The notes beneath the pieces are model-generated. The model was given only the letters and a program-made list of their open reading frames with translations. It ran no database searches and was not told the origin of the DNA. From Abditibacterium sp. (GTDB lineage: Bacteria > Armatimonadota > Abditibacteriia > Abditibacteriales > Abditibacteriaceae): a stretch of DNA of 64,000 bases. Shown here piece after piece: positions 40,062 through 49,748 of this stretch. Every line of letters starts with the position of its first letter. Within the stretch, counting starts at the first letter, position 1. The DNA lies in the NCBI GenBank assembly GCA_965199495.1, contig CBDASK010000003.1, forward strand, positions 4,128,001 to 4,192,000. Direction: 5' to 3'. The position numbers were made by a program, and so were the translations under genes.

Positions 40062-41245
40062 TAAGTTGACGATGAATTGACGCGAAAACGTGCGCTAATC
40101 CCCGTGCCTTCGCCGGGCGCCGATTTTACCTGCAACTCGCCATCCAACAGGCGCGCGCGCTCGGCCATGCCCGCCAATCCGACGCGGCCATTTTCGCCCG
40201 TCAATTTTTCGGGCGAAAACCCGATGCCCCAGTCGCGCACCCGCAAAGTCAATTCGTCGTTTTCGCGTTGCAAAGCAACTTCGGTGCGCTGGGTTTGCGC
40301 GTATTTGCGCGCGTTGGTCAGGGCTTCCTGCGCGATACGATAGACCGTGGTTTCCAGATTTTTATCGAAGCGCTCGTCGCCGACATTACACAGCCACGTC
40401 GCCTCCCATCCCGCGCTCGTCGCTTCTTCTTCGAGCAATTGACTCAGCGCCTGCACCAAACCTAAATCGTCGAGTGCGAGCGGGCGCAACCCATTAATGA
40501 GGCGCCGCGATTCGGCGACGGCGTCGCGCAAGTAGCGCGTGCCGGTTTCCCATTCGCGCGCGGCGCGCTCGCCTTGGCCCTGCGATTGAGCGCGCCCAAA
40601 GGCTTCCAAGTGCGCGTGGCTGGCCATCACCAGTTGCGTCAGGCCGTCGTGTAAATCGTAGGCGACGGCGCGGCGTTCTTCTTCCTGTGCGGTGATTAAT
40701 CCCGACACCAGACCGCGCTGGCGTTCGAGCATCTGCAAATTATAAATCGCAATCGCCGCGTGCGCGCCCAACGCCTGCACCGCCGTTTCGTCGGCGGGCG
40801 TGAACGCGCCGCCGCCCGTTTTGTTGGTCAAATACAAACTGCCAATCACGGTTTCACCGCGTCGAATTGGCACGCCTAAAAATGAACTCATCGGCGGATG
40901 GTTGGGCGGAAAACCAACCGACGCCGGATGATCCGCCAACACATCAATGCGCAACGGCTCGGCGCGTTCGAGCAGTAAACCCAGCACGCCCGCGCCGTGC
41001 GGCAACTCGCCGATGGCGGCTTGTTGTGCGGGCGAAAGTCCGACGGCGATGAAGTGCGATAACACGGTTTCCTCGCCGCGCCGCACGCCCAGCGCCGCGT
41101 ATTGCGCGCCCGCCAAAACGCGCGCGGCCTCGGCGATGCGTCGTAGCGCTTCGAGGCCCGATTGCGATGTCAAAATATCCAATGCCACGCGATTGGCGGT
41201 TTCCAGAACGAGCGCGCGCTGATTGTTGAGAGTTGCTTCAGGCAT
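40061..41245 (-). CDS. DevS/DosT-like GAF sensor histidine kinase (HisKA_3)
   Basis: GELPHGAGVLG...HPASVGFPPNHPPMSSFLGVPI...LYLT; EERRAVAYDLHD; QEALTNARKY; DWGIGF; GLAGMAER. Confidence 0.92.
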   Translation of the reverse strand: MPEATLNNQRALVLETANRVALDILTSQSGLEALRRIAEAARVLAGAQYAALGVRRGEETVLSHFIAVGLSPAQQAAIGELPHGAGVLGLLLERAEPLRIDVLADHPASVGFPPNHPPMSSFLGVPIRRGETVIGSLYLTNKTGGGAFTPADETAVQALGAHAAIAIYNLQMLERQRGLVSGLITAQEEERRAVAYDLHDGLTQLVMASHAHLEAFGRAQSQGQGERAAREWETGTRYLRDAVAESRRLINGLRPLALDDLGLVQALSQLLEEEATSAGWEATWLCNVGDERFDKNLETTVYRIAQEALTNARKYAQTQRTEVALQRENDELTLRVRDWGIGFSPEKLTGENGRVGLAGMAERARLLDGELQVKSAPGEGTGISARFRVNSSST

Positions 41246-41285
41246 AAGTAGTGCGGAAGATATTTTTCGGCATCAGCCAACGTTT

Positions 41286-41398
41286 CAATGCGATATAAAA
41301 TCGCAGCCAAGAAAGTGCTCGGCCTTCGCCGACAACGGCCCATGACACTTGTCGGCGAAGGCCGACCACTTTCTTGGCTGCGATTTTATATCGCATTG
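41286..41398. repeat. REP-like inverted doublet, family A
   Basis: 50-bp arms at 41286-41335 and 41349-41398 with one mismatch; shares TCGCAGCCA and TCGGCCTwCGCCGACA with 11889-12031. Confidence 0.88.
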
Positions 41399-41546
41399 GG
41401 GCACACGCAAAATACCGCTTTTCTTTCTTCCGACTACTTAATTGGCTGGACTTGAGTTATTGCGAGCCAGTTTGCCAGCTACAAATACAAATCGGCTGTT
41501 TCGCGGATGAAAAATGCGCCCTGTTCGGGGATAATGAAAGTTAATC

Positions 41547-42581
41547 ATGCTTCAATCCCCAAAGGCTCCGCACGAAGTTTTGCACGAAATTTCGCAACGC
41601 GATTTTCCGTTTAGCGGGACGCCCGAAGAGCAAATCCGATTTCTGCTGCAGTTCGCGATTCTGGCGCCGTCGAGCCACAACACGCAACCGTGGTTGTGGG
41701 AAATCGAAGGCGATGAAGTGACGCTGCGCGCCGACCGTTCGCGTTTGATGCCCGCGCTTGATCCGCTTGGACGCGAACTGATCCTGAGTTGCGGCGCGGC
41801 GCTGGGCCATTTTCGATTGGCGGCGCGCTATTTTGGTTGCGCGGCGATTACTCAAATGTGGCCCGACGAAAACCAGCCCAATTTATTGTGTCGCGTGCGA
41901 ATTGTGCCGGGCCGTCCGCCGACCGACGACGACCAAGAATTGTTCTCGTTTGTCGCCAAACGCCACACGCATCGCGGCGAATTTGAAACGCGTGAATTAC
42001 CCGCTTCGTTGTTGCGCACTTTACAAAGCGACGCCGAATCCGAAGAAGCCACGCTGCACTTTGCGCGCGACGAAGAACAGCGCCAATCGTTGGCCCGGCT
42101 CATCGAGCGCGGCGATGTTGAGCAAAACCGTGATGGCGCCGTGCGCCGCGACGTGGCTGATTGGATGTCGCCGCCCGGCGCGCGCCGCGATGGAATCCCG
42201 ACGAGTGCGCTGGGCATTCCCGATTGGCGCGCGCAGACCGCGCCGCTCGCGCAGCGTTATTTCGATCTGGGCGAGGCGACCGCGCAAAAAGATAAATCTC
42301 TGGCGATGGGCGCGCCGGTTCTCACTGTTTTAAGCACATCGGGCGATGACGAGCGGGCGTGGCTGCGCGCCGGTCAAGCGCTGGGCCGCGTGTTGTTGCG
42401 CGCACGTTCGGAAAATGTGTGGGCCAGCTTTTTCAGCCAGCCGGTTCAGGTGGACGGCGCGTGGAGCGAATTGCGCTCCCTGCTGGGATTGCACGATTAT
42501 CCGCAACTGGTGTTTCGTCTGGGCTACGCGTCGCCCGTAGCAGCCACGCCGCGTCGCCCGGTCGAAGAAGTTATCGTCTGA
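41547..42581 (+). CDS. Acg-family FMN-binding nitroreductase-like protein
   Basis: AILAPSSHNTQPW, DPLGRELILSCGAAL, KRHTHR, WLRAGQALGRVLL, PQLVFRLGY...TPRRP. Confidence 0.9.
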   Translation: MLQSPKAPHEVLHEISQRDFPFSGTPEEQIRFLLQFAILAPSSHNTQPWLWEIEGDEVTLRADRSRLMPALDPLGRELILSCGAALGHFRLAARYFGCAAITQMWPDENQPNLLCRVRIVPGRPPTDDDQELFSFVAKRHTHRGEFETRELPASLLRTLQSDAESEEATLHFARDEEQRQSLARLIERGDVEQNRDGAVRRDVADWMSPPGARRDGIPTSALGIPDWRAQTAPLAQRYFDLGEATAQKDKSLAMGAPVLTVLSTSGDDERAWLRAGQALGRVLLRARSENVWASFFSQPVQVDGAWSELRSLLGLHDYPQLVFRLGYASPVAATPRRPVEEVIV

Positions 42582-42588
42582 TAGCCGA

Positions 42589-42648
42589 TAATCGGATTAC
42601 TTGTAATCGGATTACTTGTAATCGGATTACTTGTAATCGGATTACTTG
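42589..42648. repeat. Tandem repeat, 4 x 15 bp (TAATCGGATTACTTG)
   Basis: Four exact copies between convergent genes; the last includes the stop codon at 42642. Confidence 0.95.
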
Positions 42649-45600
42649 CCGATTAAATTTTCGGCGGCCAACAATTTTTGCAAATCATCGGGCGAGAGGG
42701 GCCGCGCGTAAAAATAGCCCTGCGCCTGATCGCAACCAAACTGTTGCAAACATTCGACTTCACCGATGACTTCGGTTCCCTCGGCGATAACTTTGAGTCC
42801 TAAAGTGTGCGCCAGTTGAATAATCGCGCGCACGATAACGCTGTGACCTTCGGTTTTGTCGAGGCCGGAAACGAATTCGCGGTCAATTTTCAAAAAGTCG
42901 AACGGAAAAGTGCGCAGATAAGCCAGCGACGAATAGCCCGTTCCAAAGTCGTCAATCGCCAGTTGCACGCCCAGTTTCGAGAGGGCCGTCAACACTTCGA
43001 GCGATTCGGCGGTGCGCTCCATTAACACGGTTTCGGTGATTTCCAGTGTGAGCAGATGCGGCGGTAAACCGCTTTCTTCCAATGCTGCCGCCACATCGCG
43101 CACCAGGGCGAGATGCGAATGTTTGTCGTCGTTGCCGCGCGCGTTGGCAGCCACGCCGCTGTGGAACTGGCGCGGCGACACGTTGACCGCGACCATCAAG
43201 GGCGTTTCGCGGCCCTGATTCCATTGGTGCGTCTGGCGGCACGCCTCGCGCAAAACCCAGCGGCCCAACGGCACGATCAGGCCGGTGGCTTCGGCGATGG
43301 GCACGAACTCGGTCGGCGAAATCGCGCCGCGTTGCGGATGTTCCCAGCGCACCAGAGCTTCGACGCCGCAAATCGCGCCGGTCTCCAGTTCGACTTTGGG
43401 TTGGTAAGCCAAACCCATTTCGTGGTTGGAAAGCGCGCGCCGCAGTTCGCCCTCGATTTCCAAGCGCGCCAGCGCGCTCGCGCTCAGGTTATCGCGAAAC
43501 ACTTCATAGCGGCCTTTGCCCAGACGTTTGGCCTCATACATCGCGGCGTCGGCGTTGCGCAATAAGGTATCGGCGTCAATGCTCGGCTCGGAAAACGCCA
43601 TGCCAATCGAAGGCGAAGTGTAAACCTCGCGCCCGTCCAAAACGAAGGCTTCCGACAACAAGGTCACGATGCGCTCCGCGACCACAAACGCGTAATTGGG
43701 ATCGTCCAGTTGCTCCAGCAAAACCACGAATTCGTCGCCGCCAAAGCGCGCGGGCGTGTCTTCGGCGCGCAGCGTTTTTTGCAGACGCGACGCGACCTCG
43801 CACAGCAAAACGTCGCCTTTGTCGTGGCCCAGCGAATCGTTGACCCACTTGAAATTATCCAGATCGATGAACAAAATCGCGGTCAGCGTTTCGCCGTCCG
43901 CGCGGGCGAGCGCGCTTTTGAGGCGGCTATTAATCAGCGCGCGATTGGCCAACCCGGTTAGCGGATCGTGGAACGCTTGATGGTTGAGGCGCTCTTCCAT
44001 GCGGCGCTGCTCGGTGATGTCGGAAAACGAAGCCACGACGCCGCCAAAGTGGCCGCGATCTTCGGGCAGAGGCGTGGCGTTAACCGACAAATCCACGGTT
44101 TCGCCGTTGGGGCGGCGCACGGAGTAGTGCATCGCATAAACCGGCTGGCGCTCGCGTTCGACGCGGCGAAACACGGTTTCGCTCAGTTGCAACGGCGTGC
44201 CGTCCAGCAGCGCGTCGCCCCACTGCGGGTCGTCGTAGGTCAGGCTCCACAATTCTTCGATGGGGCGCCCGAAAACGCGCGCGGCGGCGGCGTTGGCAAA
44301 GATGATATTGCCGTTGGCGTCATAGAGCATGATGGCGTCGGCGGCGGTTTCGGCGATGCGCGTCAGGCGCGTTTCGGTGCGACGACGCGCGCGCTCGGCG
44401 ACTTTGCGCGCCGTGATGTCGAGGCACATTCCCAGCAATTTGACGGGCGCGCCGGACGCCGTTTCGTCCTGATTTTCGCCCTCATGTTCCGCATGATTCT
44501 CGCCCAAAACTTTGCCTCGGTGTTGCCAGTGAAGCTCGCAACCGTCGGTGCGTTGCACGCGCACTTCGAGCGAAAACGAGATGCCGTGACTCCACGCCAA
44601 CTCGTAGGAGTGACGCAGCAGTTCCCAATCTTCGCGATGAACGTAGGTTTCCCACTCTTCTAAATTGCGCGGAAACTCGCCTTCGGGCAAGCCCAGCAGA
44701 TGACTGATGTTGCCCTGCCATTCCAGCAAAACATCCGCGTCGCAACGGATTTCGTGCGCTGCGGGCGCCGTGGCTACAAAAAAGCAGTCGCCCGCCGCCA
44801 ATGCGGCCTGCGCCATTTCCTGATGCAATTCCTGCGAGCGTGCGCGCGCGCGGTCGGCGGTTTCGAGCGCCTGCAAAGTCGCGTTGATATCCGAGGCCAG
44901 ATGGCCCAATTCGTCCCCGCCATGCGCGCGCACGCGCTGGCCGCCTCCCATATGCAAACGCACCTGCTGCACATCTTTCGACAATTGCGAAAGCCGCCGC
45001 AGCACCAGACTTTCAACGGGCAGTAAAGCTAATGCGCTGGCCAAAACGCTCATGCCCAGCAATACCCAGCCAAAAATCGCCAGCGTGGCGTGGCCCTGAT
45101 TGACCGTATCGCGCGCCGTCACGACTTTCAACGCCCAACGCGGAACTCCGTAAAATCCGCGCACGACCTGAAACCCCGCGACCTGATCCCAACTTTGCGG
45201 GATAACCTCGACTGAGGTCGCCCCTTTATTGCTGACTTTGCTATTGCTGACTTTGCCCTCGTGTTCGAGCAGTTTTCTCGAAAGTTCGCCTGGCAGAGAA
45301 TTTAAACCGATCAACTCAATTTGGTTGCGGGAACTCTTCTTATAATACGAAAGGCGTTGCGGCGTAAGAAATCGTCCCACGATCATAGTGCCTTTGCGGG
45401 CGTTGTTTTGCTTGGAATCGTAAATCGGAAACGACACAATTTGCAGAGGTCTCTGCGACAAACTGATGATTCCGATATGGTTGGTTTTGATCGAGGGCAA
45501 AGCAAACAGCGAGTCGCCGGGCACAAAATGCGCTTTCAGTTCGGGCCACACCGGAGCCGGTTGATGAAGGTCACGATTCCAACTCTGAGAGTAGATTGGG

Positions 45601-45929
45601 CGCGTCTTGTTGTCGAATAAACCGAGGTAATCCACATCCAGTGGATCAATCGTTGAATCGTTGAGATTGGATTTGATAAAACTCGCGTCGCGCGTGTCCA
45701 TGAAGCGACAAAGTTCTTCCCAATTCGCCCAATCCACGAAAGATTGCGCCAGTTCATTGCCCTGCTGGTCGAGCGATGCGCGCGCGTCGGCCATCACATA
45801 AATCATCTGCCGCTTTTCGGCGCGCTCAAAACTACTCAGCAGGATGCCGCGCATGACCGCCCACAAAAGCAGCATCGCCACCAAAAGCATCACGCTCATT
45901 AAGAGCAGTGTTTTCCACCGTAAAGTCAT
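42642..45929 (-). CDS. Membrane sensor CHASE4-HAMP-PAS-PAS-GGDEF-EAL protein
   Basis: DWANWEE (CHASE4), DELGHLA (HAMP), PAS repeats, HDPLTGLANR, RFGGDEF, EALVRW, DDFGTGYSS. Confidence 0.93.
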   Translation of the reverse strand: MTLRWKTLLLMSVMLLVAMLLLWAVMRGILLSSFERAEKRQMIYVMADARASLDQQGNELAQSFVDWANWEELCRFMDTRDASFIKSNLNDSTIDPLDVDYLGLFDNKTRPIYSQSWNRDLHQPAPVWPELKAHFVPGDSLFALPSIKTNHIGIISLSQRPLQIVSFPIYDSKQNNARKGTMIVGRFLTPQRLSYYKKSSRNQIELIGLNSLPGELSRKLLEHEGKVSNSKVSNKGATSVEVIPQSWDQVAGFQVVRGFYGVPRWALKVVTARDTVNQGHATLAIFGWVLLGMSVLASALALLPVESLVLRRLSQLSKDVQQVRLHMGGGQRVRAHGGDELGHLASDINATLQALETADRARARSQELHQEMAQAALAAGDCFFVATAPAAHEIRCDADVLLEWQGNISHLLGLPEGEFPRNLEEWETYVHREDWELLRHSYELAWSHGISFSLEVRVQRTDGCELHWQHRGKVLGENHAEHEGENQDETASGAPVKLLGMCLDITARKVAERARRRTETRLTRIAETAADAIMLYDANGNIIFANAAAARVFGRPIEELWSLTYDDPQWGDALLDGTPLQLSETVFRRVERERQPVYAMHYSVRRPNGETVDLSVNATPLPEDRGHFGGVVASFSDITEQRRMEERLNHQAFHDPLTGLANRALINSRLKSALARADGETLTAILFIDLDNFKWVNDSLGHDKGDVLLCEVASRLQKTLRAEDTPARFGGDEFVVLLEQLDDPNYAFVVAERIVTLLSEAFVLDGREVYTSPSIGMAFSEPSIDADTLLRNADAAMYEAKRLGKGRYEVFRDNLSASALARLEIEGELRRALSNHEMGLAYQPKVELETGAICGVEALVRWEHPQRGAISPTEFVPIAEATGLIVPLGRWVLREACRQTHQWNQGRETPLMVAVNVSPRQFHSGVAANARGNDDKHSHLALVRDVAAALEESGLPPHLLTLEITETVLMERTAESLEVLTALSKLGVQLAIDDFGTGYSSLAYLRTFPFDFLKIDREFVSGLDKTEGHSVIVRAIIQLAHTLGLKVIAEGTEVIGEVECLQQFGCDQAQGYFYARPLSPDDLQKLLAAENLIGK

Positions 45930-46142
45930 CAGAGAAAGAGTAACAATGAGTTCTGTTACCCAAAATGCACTGAAATGGCCTTGGCCGGCTGTGCTTGTGG
46001 AAATTTTCTGCGCGGGGAAGAGATAAATCCGCGAATCGGTGATGAAGACGCGAAGATTTTCCTTTCTAACATTTTCCTCGGTGAAAATTAGAAAGGAAAA
46101 TCTTCGTCCACTTTCATCAATCGCAAATTCAACTTCAAATTA

Positions 46143-47789
46143 TCACTCGCTCTCGCGTTCGTAGCACGAATAATAATACGGCGTGGCTGCCTCAAACTCA
46201 CCGGCGCAGGTGTCCACCATTTTATACGCTGGAACGATGCCGAACTCTTTGCGCCGCGCGCGAATTGTCATTTCGTCAATGCCGGTCAACTCGGAAATAT
46301 GCGCGTCGTGGAAGCCCAAATGTTTGGCTTTGTCCATCAATTCGGGCGTCAGTTCGTCCAACTTCAGGCCGCGCAGCAATTTCTCCATATCGGATAATTT
46401 CGCCAGTTTGCGCAAGAACCAGCGATCAATGCGCGTGATTTGAAAAATCTCTTCGACCAACAAGCCCCGGCGAAACGCCTCGAAAATCATGAAGATGCGC
46501 TCGTCGGTCGGCACGCGCAATTTTTCTTCCAATTCCATTTCGGACAAAGACGACGTGCCCTTCTCGCGCAAACCCGTTACGCCAATTTCGAGCGAGCGCA
46601 ACGCCTTCATAAACGCGCCTTCAAAACTGCGGTCAATCGCCATGACTTCGCCGGTCGCTTTCATCTGTGTCGTCACGCGCCGGTCGGAGCCTCCGAATTT
46701 ATCGAATGGCCAACGCGGAATTTTGCAGACGATGTAATCCAAAGCTGGCTCGAAGCAAGCCAACGTTTTCTGCGTGACGGCGTTTTGAATTTCATCAAGA
46801 TGAAAGCCGATGGCGATTTTCGCCGAAACGCGCGCAATCGGATAACCCGTCGCTTTCGAGGCGAGGGCGCTCGAACGCGAGACGCGCGGATTGACTTCGA
46901 TGACGTAATACTGGCTCGAATTCGGATCAATCGTCAATTGCACGTTGCAGCCGCCTTCGATGCCCAGTTCGCGGATAATATCGAGACTGGCGCTGCGCAA
47001 CATTTGATATTCTTTGTCGGACAACGTCTGCGAGGGAGCCACGACGATGGAGTCGCCCGTATGAACGCCCATCGGATCGAAGTTTTCCATGTTGCAAATC
47101 GTGATGGCGGTGTCGTTGCCATCGCGCATCACTTCGTATTCGACCTCTTTCCAGCCGACCAGATAACGCTCCAGCAAAATCTGGTGAATTAGCGAACGTT
47201 CGAGGCCGGACTTAACGAATTGTTCGAGTTGTTCATCGTTCCACGCGATGCCGCCGCCAGTTCCGCCCAGCGTGTAGGCCGGGCGAATAATGAGCGGATA
47301 GCCCATTTTATCGCGGAACTCGCGCGCCTGGTCGGCGGTGTCGCACACGACCGATTCGGGAATCGGCTGGCCGATGCGCTTCATCGTCTCTTTGAACAAA
47401 TCGCGGTCTTCGGCTTTTTTGATCGAATCGAGCGGCGTGCCGAGCAATTTGACGTTGTATTTTTCCAAAATGCCAGCTTCGGCGAGTTGGTAAGCCAAAT
47501 TCAAACCGGTCTGTCCGCCCAGCGAAGGCAGCAAACCGTCGGGCCGTTCGAGCGCGATGACCTGTTCGAGAAACGGTAGCGTCAAAGGTTCAATATAAAC
47601 CGCGTCGGCGGTTTCGGGGTCGGTCATGATCGTCGCCGGATTGGAGTTGACCAGAACGACGCTAACGCCTTCTTCGCGCAATGAGGCGCAGGCTTGGGTT
47701 CCGGCGTAATCGAACTCGGCGGCCTGTCCGATGACGATGGGGCCGGAGCCGATGACCATGACTTTTTTGATGTTGGGATTTTTGGGCAT
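46143..47789 (-). CDS. carB: Carbamoyl-phosphate synthase large subunit, N-terminal half only (548 aa)
   Basis: [55 protein letters not shown], ends at [24 protein letters not shown]. Confidence 0.95.
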   Translation of the reverse strand: MPKNPNIKKVMVIGSGPIVIGQAAEFDYAGTQACASLREEGVSVVLVNSNPATIMTDPETADAVYIEPLTLPFLEQVIALERPDGLLPSLGGQTGLNLAYQLAEAGILEKYNVKLLGTPLDSIKKAEDRDLFKETMKRIGQPIPESVVCDTADQAREFRDKMGYPLIIRPAYTLGGTGGGIAWNDEQLEQFVKSGLERSLIHQILLERYLVGWKEVEYEVMRDGNDTAITICNMENFDPMGVHTGDSIVVAPSQTLSDKEYQMLRSASLDIIRELGIEGGCNVQLTIDPNSSQYYVIEVNPRVSRSSALASKATGYPIARVSAKIAIGFHLDEIQNAVTQKTLACFEPALDYIVCKIPRWPFDKFGGSDRRVTTQMKATGEVMAIDRSFEGAFMKALRSLEIGVTGLREKGTSSLSEMELEEKLRVPTDERIFMIFEAFRRGLLVEEIFQITRIDRWFLRKLAKLSDMEKLLRGLKLDELTPELMDKAKHLGFHDAHISELTGIDEMTIRARRKEFGIVPAYKMVDTCAGEFEAATPYYYSCYERESE

Positions 47790-48293
47790 TTATTCTGAAA
47801 GTGAGGCGCGTCCCGTTTCGATGGGGACGTAAAGATGAAAAGCATCGTCCAAGAGTTCTGTGAACTCGAAGCGGTCGTAGAAGCGGCGCGAATTTTCGTT
47901 GAGCGCCCACAATTCTACCACAGCGATGCCGATAAGGTCAGAGGCTTGTGTCGCGATCTCGAAAACCGATGACATCAAGGCGTGCCCCAGACGCTGGCCC
48001 TGAAACTCTTGCGCGACCGCCAAACGTCCCAGATGAACCGAGGGCACTAAGCGCGGCCAACCTTTACGGACATCTGTGGGAAAATCCGCAAGGGCAACTG
48101 TGCCCGCGCTTAAAGTGAAGTATCCGCAGATGCGCGTCTCCTCTGGTTGCACCGCGACGTAAGTGCGCGACGATCCGTTGCGCGCGTTTTGACGCGCGAA
48201 GCGTTGCAAGTAAGCATTGAGTTCTGGCTCGCCGCAATCGAAATCCTTGCGATTATGCCGCGTGTCAAGCGGTTCGATGAAGAAACCGCTCAT
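47790..48293 (-). CDS. GNAT toxin (TacT/AtaT-like)
   Basis: H.RKDFDCGEPELNAYL...A, GYFTLS, LGRLAV..EFQGQRLG, FYDRFEF; overlaps upstream antitoxin. Confidence 0.9.
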   Translation of the reverse strand: MSGFFIEPLDTRHNRKDFDCGEPELNAYLQRFARQNARNGSSRTYVAVQPEETRICGYFTLSAGTVALADFPTDVRKGWPRLVPSVHLGRLAVAQEFQGQRLGHALMSSVFEIATQASDLIGIAVVELWALNENSRRFYDRFEFTELLDDAFHLYVPIETGRASLSE

Positions 48294-48511
48294 CGGCGGA
48301 TTCCCAGAATTAAGCGTTTGGCGTCGCGCCGTGCGCGCTTCAATTCTTCGCTCGGCGGAGGCGGGTTTTGCAAAACGTCGAGCAGAATCTTTGAATCGCG
48401 CGCCGACAGTTTGGTGACGTGAAAGCCGTCTTCGCCGGGTGCTGAGGCTTCGAGATTATCGGTCATTTCGTCAGTCGGGTTTTCGATGTCGAATTTTTTG
48501 GTGGTCGCCAT
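48290..48511 (-). CDS. DUF1778/TacA-like antitoxin
   Basis: LSARDSKILLDVLQNPPPPSEELKRA; 4-bp overlap with the GNAT gene. Confidence 0.85.
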   Translation of the reverse strand: MATTKKFDIENPTDEMTDNLEASAPGEDGFHVTKLSARDSKILLDVLQNPPPPSEELKRARRDAKRLILGIRR

Positions 48512-48549
48512 GGTTGTCTTCTTCGATGAAAATACAAGTCAGAGACGAT

Positions 48550-49059
48550 CTAAGAAATTGCCTCTCTTTTGCGCATCATCCTTCTTACGCAGCTTTTCTC
48601 GTCTCTCTTTTCACGTTGCTCTTCCTCGTATTTTTGCATTCGCAATGGTTCGCGTTCTTTGTGAATTCTATCCCATAGAACGCTCAGGCCCTCGTGACCT
48701 ACTGGCTTGCTCCAACTGCTACTTCCTTTCATATCAATGGTTCTTGTCTCGTCTAAAAGTAAGCTGTATTCAGAAGCACCGTAAGAATTTCTACTGATGT
48801 AGCATATCTTTACCACGACACCGCCTTGAGTTGTTGTTTCGTAAAATTTGTATTCGAGGCGCCGTTCCTGACGCCCCAAATCTGAGTCGTAGTTTTCACT
48901 GTAGAAATCGTAAGGTTCACCGTTGTTTTTGCCTTTCCAATCTGCGTTAGGAATAGCACATATCTTATGGAGGACTGTATCCAGAAATGCTCTTTTTTCT
49001 GGGGCTTGGGCGTAATCTGGCAGTGGGTTTGTCCAACTGTTTGTTTTGAAGGGCCACAT
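48550..49059 (-). CDS. Hypothetical protein, AT-richer than flanks
   Basis: 169-aa ORF with atypical codon usage; no recognised motif. Confidence 0.55.
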   Translation of the reverse strand: MWPFKTNSWTNPLPDYAQAPEKRAFLDTVLHKICAIPNADWKGKNNGEPYDFYSENYDSDLGRQERRLEYKFYETTTQGGVVVKICYISRNSYGASEYSLLLDETRTIDMKGSSSWSKPVGHEGLSVLWDRIHKEREPLRMQKYEEEQREKRDEKSCVRRMMRKREAIS

Positions 49060-49071
49060 ATCGTTTCTGAG

Positions 49072-49203
49072 CTAAAGTTTACTGCCTTCGCGGAGCGAGG
49101 CGCAGGCTTGGGTTCCGGCGTAATCGAACTCGGCGGCCTGGCCGATGACGATGGGGCCAGAGCCGATAACCATAACTTTTTTGATGTCGGGATTTTTGGG
49201 CAT
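49072..49203 (-). pseudogene. carB: Orphan 5' fragment of carB (43 aa)
   Basis: Translates [43 protein letters not shown]; 49086-49203 matches 47672-47789 at 110/118 nt. Confidence 0.93.
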
Positions 49204-49302
49204 TCTAAACCATTAAAGGTTACACATAATCAGGCCAATGAGGAACAGAAGCGAATTTTATCAAGCCAAGATGCCCTCGGCTCTGATGTTCTTTAATTCA
49301 AA

Positions 49303-49665
49303 TTACCGATTGAAAACAAACAAATACAAAACAAAGCCGATGAGAAGAGTGTTTGTGACGTTGATTAACAGTGGGCTACGCTTGAAGCCGCGATACCAAT
49401 CGAAGCGATTGAGACCTCTGTTGAGAAAATAAAGCGCGCCATAAACGATAATCGCGATGAGAGTGCTGGTTACGCTTACCCAAAAGTCTGAAAAAAAGTG
49501 TCCACTTTCTCGGATCAAACGCGAAGTCCAACTGACAACAGCGCCAATTGTAACTACAACCCAGATGGTAACGGCAAACGGCGGCTCGCGCGAAGGAGGA
49601 ATTGTGTTGCCGAGCCGATCTTTCTGAATTTTCGACTCTTGCGGGCGCAGCGATAAGAATTTCAT
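49303..49665 (-). CDS. Hypothetical 3-TM membrane protein
   Basis: 120-aa ORF with three hydrophobic segments, AT-richer. Confidence 0.6.
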   Translation of the reverse strand: MKFLSLRPQESKIQKDRLGNTIPPSREPPFAVTIWVVVTIGAVVSWTSRLIRESGHFFSDFWVSVTSTLIAIIVYGALYFLNRGLNRFDWYRGFKRSPLLINVTNTLLIGFVLYLFVFNR

Positions 49666-49748
49666 CGGCAGTAAATAGATGCCACATTTAACAGAGATTT
49701 GTCGTGCGATTTATTGAGTTGCTCAATGAAAAACGGAGTGTCCGCCAT
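49662..49748 (-). pseudogene. Truncated GNAT toxin remnant
   Basis: MADTPFFIEQLNKSHDKSL..., similar to MSGFFIEPLDTRHNRKDFDCG; ATG overlaps the antitoxin stop (TGATG); KCG continues after a one-base frameshift. Confidence 0.7.

Noticed and set aside
42589..42648. Possible mini-CRISPR array
   Set aside because: Units are contiguous 15-mers with no spacers, and no cas genes are present
45227..45256. 15-bp in-frame duplication (KVSNS KVSNK) in the CHASE4 region
   Set aside because: Simple slippage in a probable loop with no further structure
47672..49203. Prophage or integrative element with attL/attR in carB
   Set aside because: No integrase, only about 1.3 kb of cargo, and the repeats differ at 8 mostly synonymous sites
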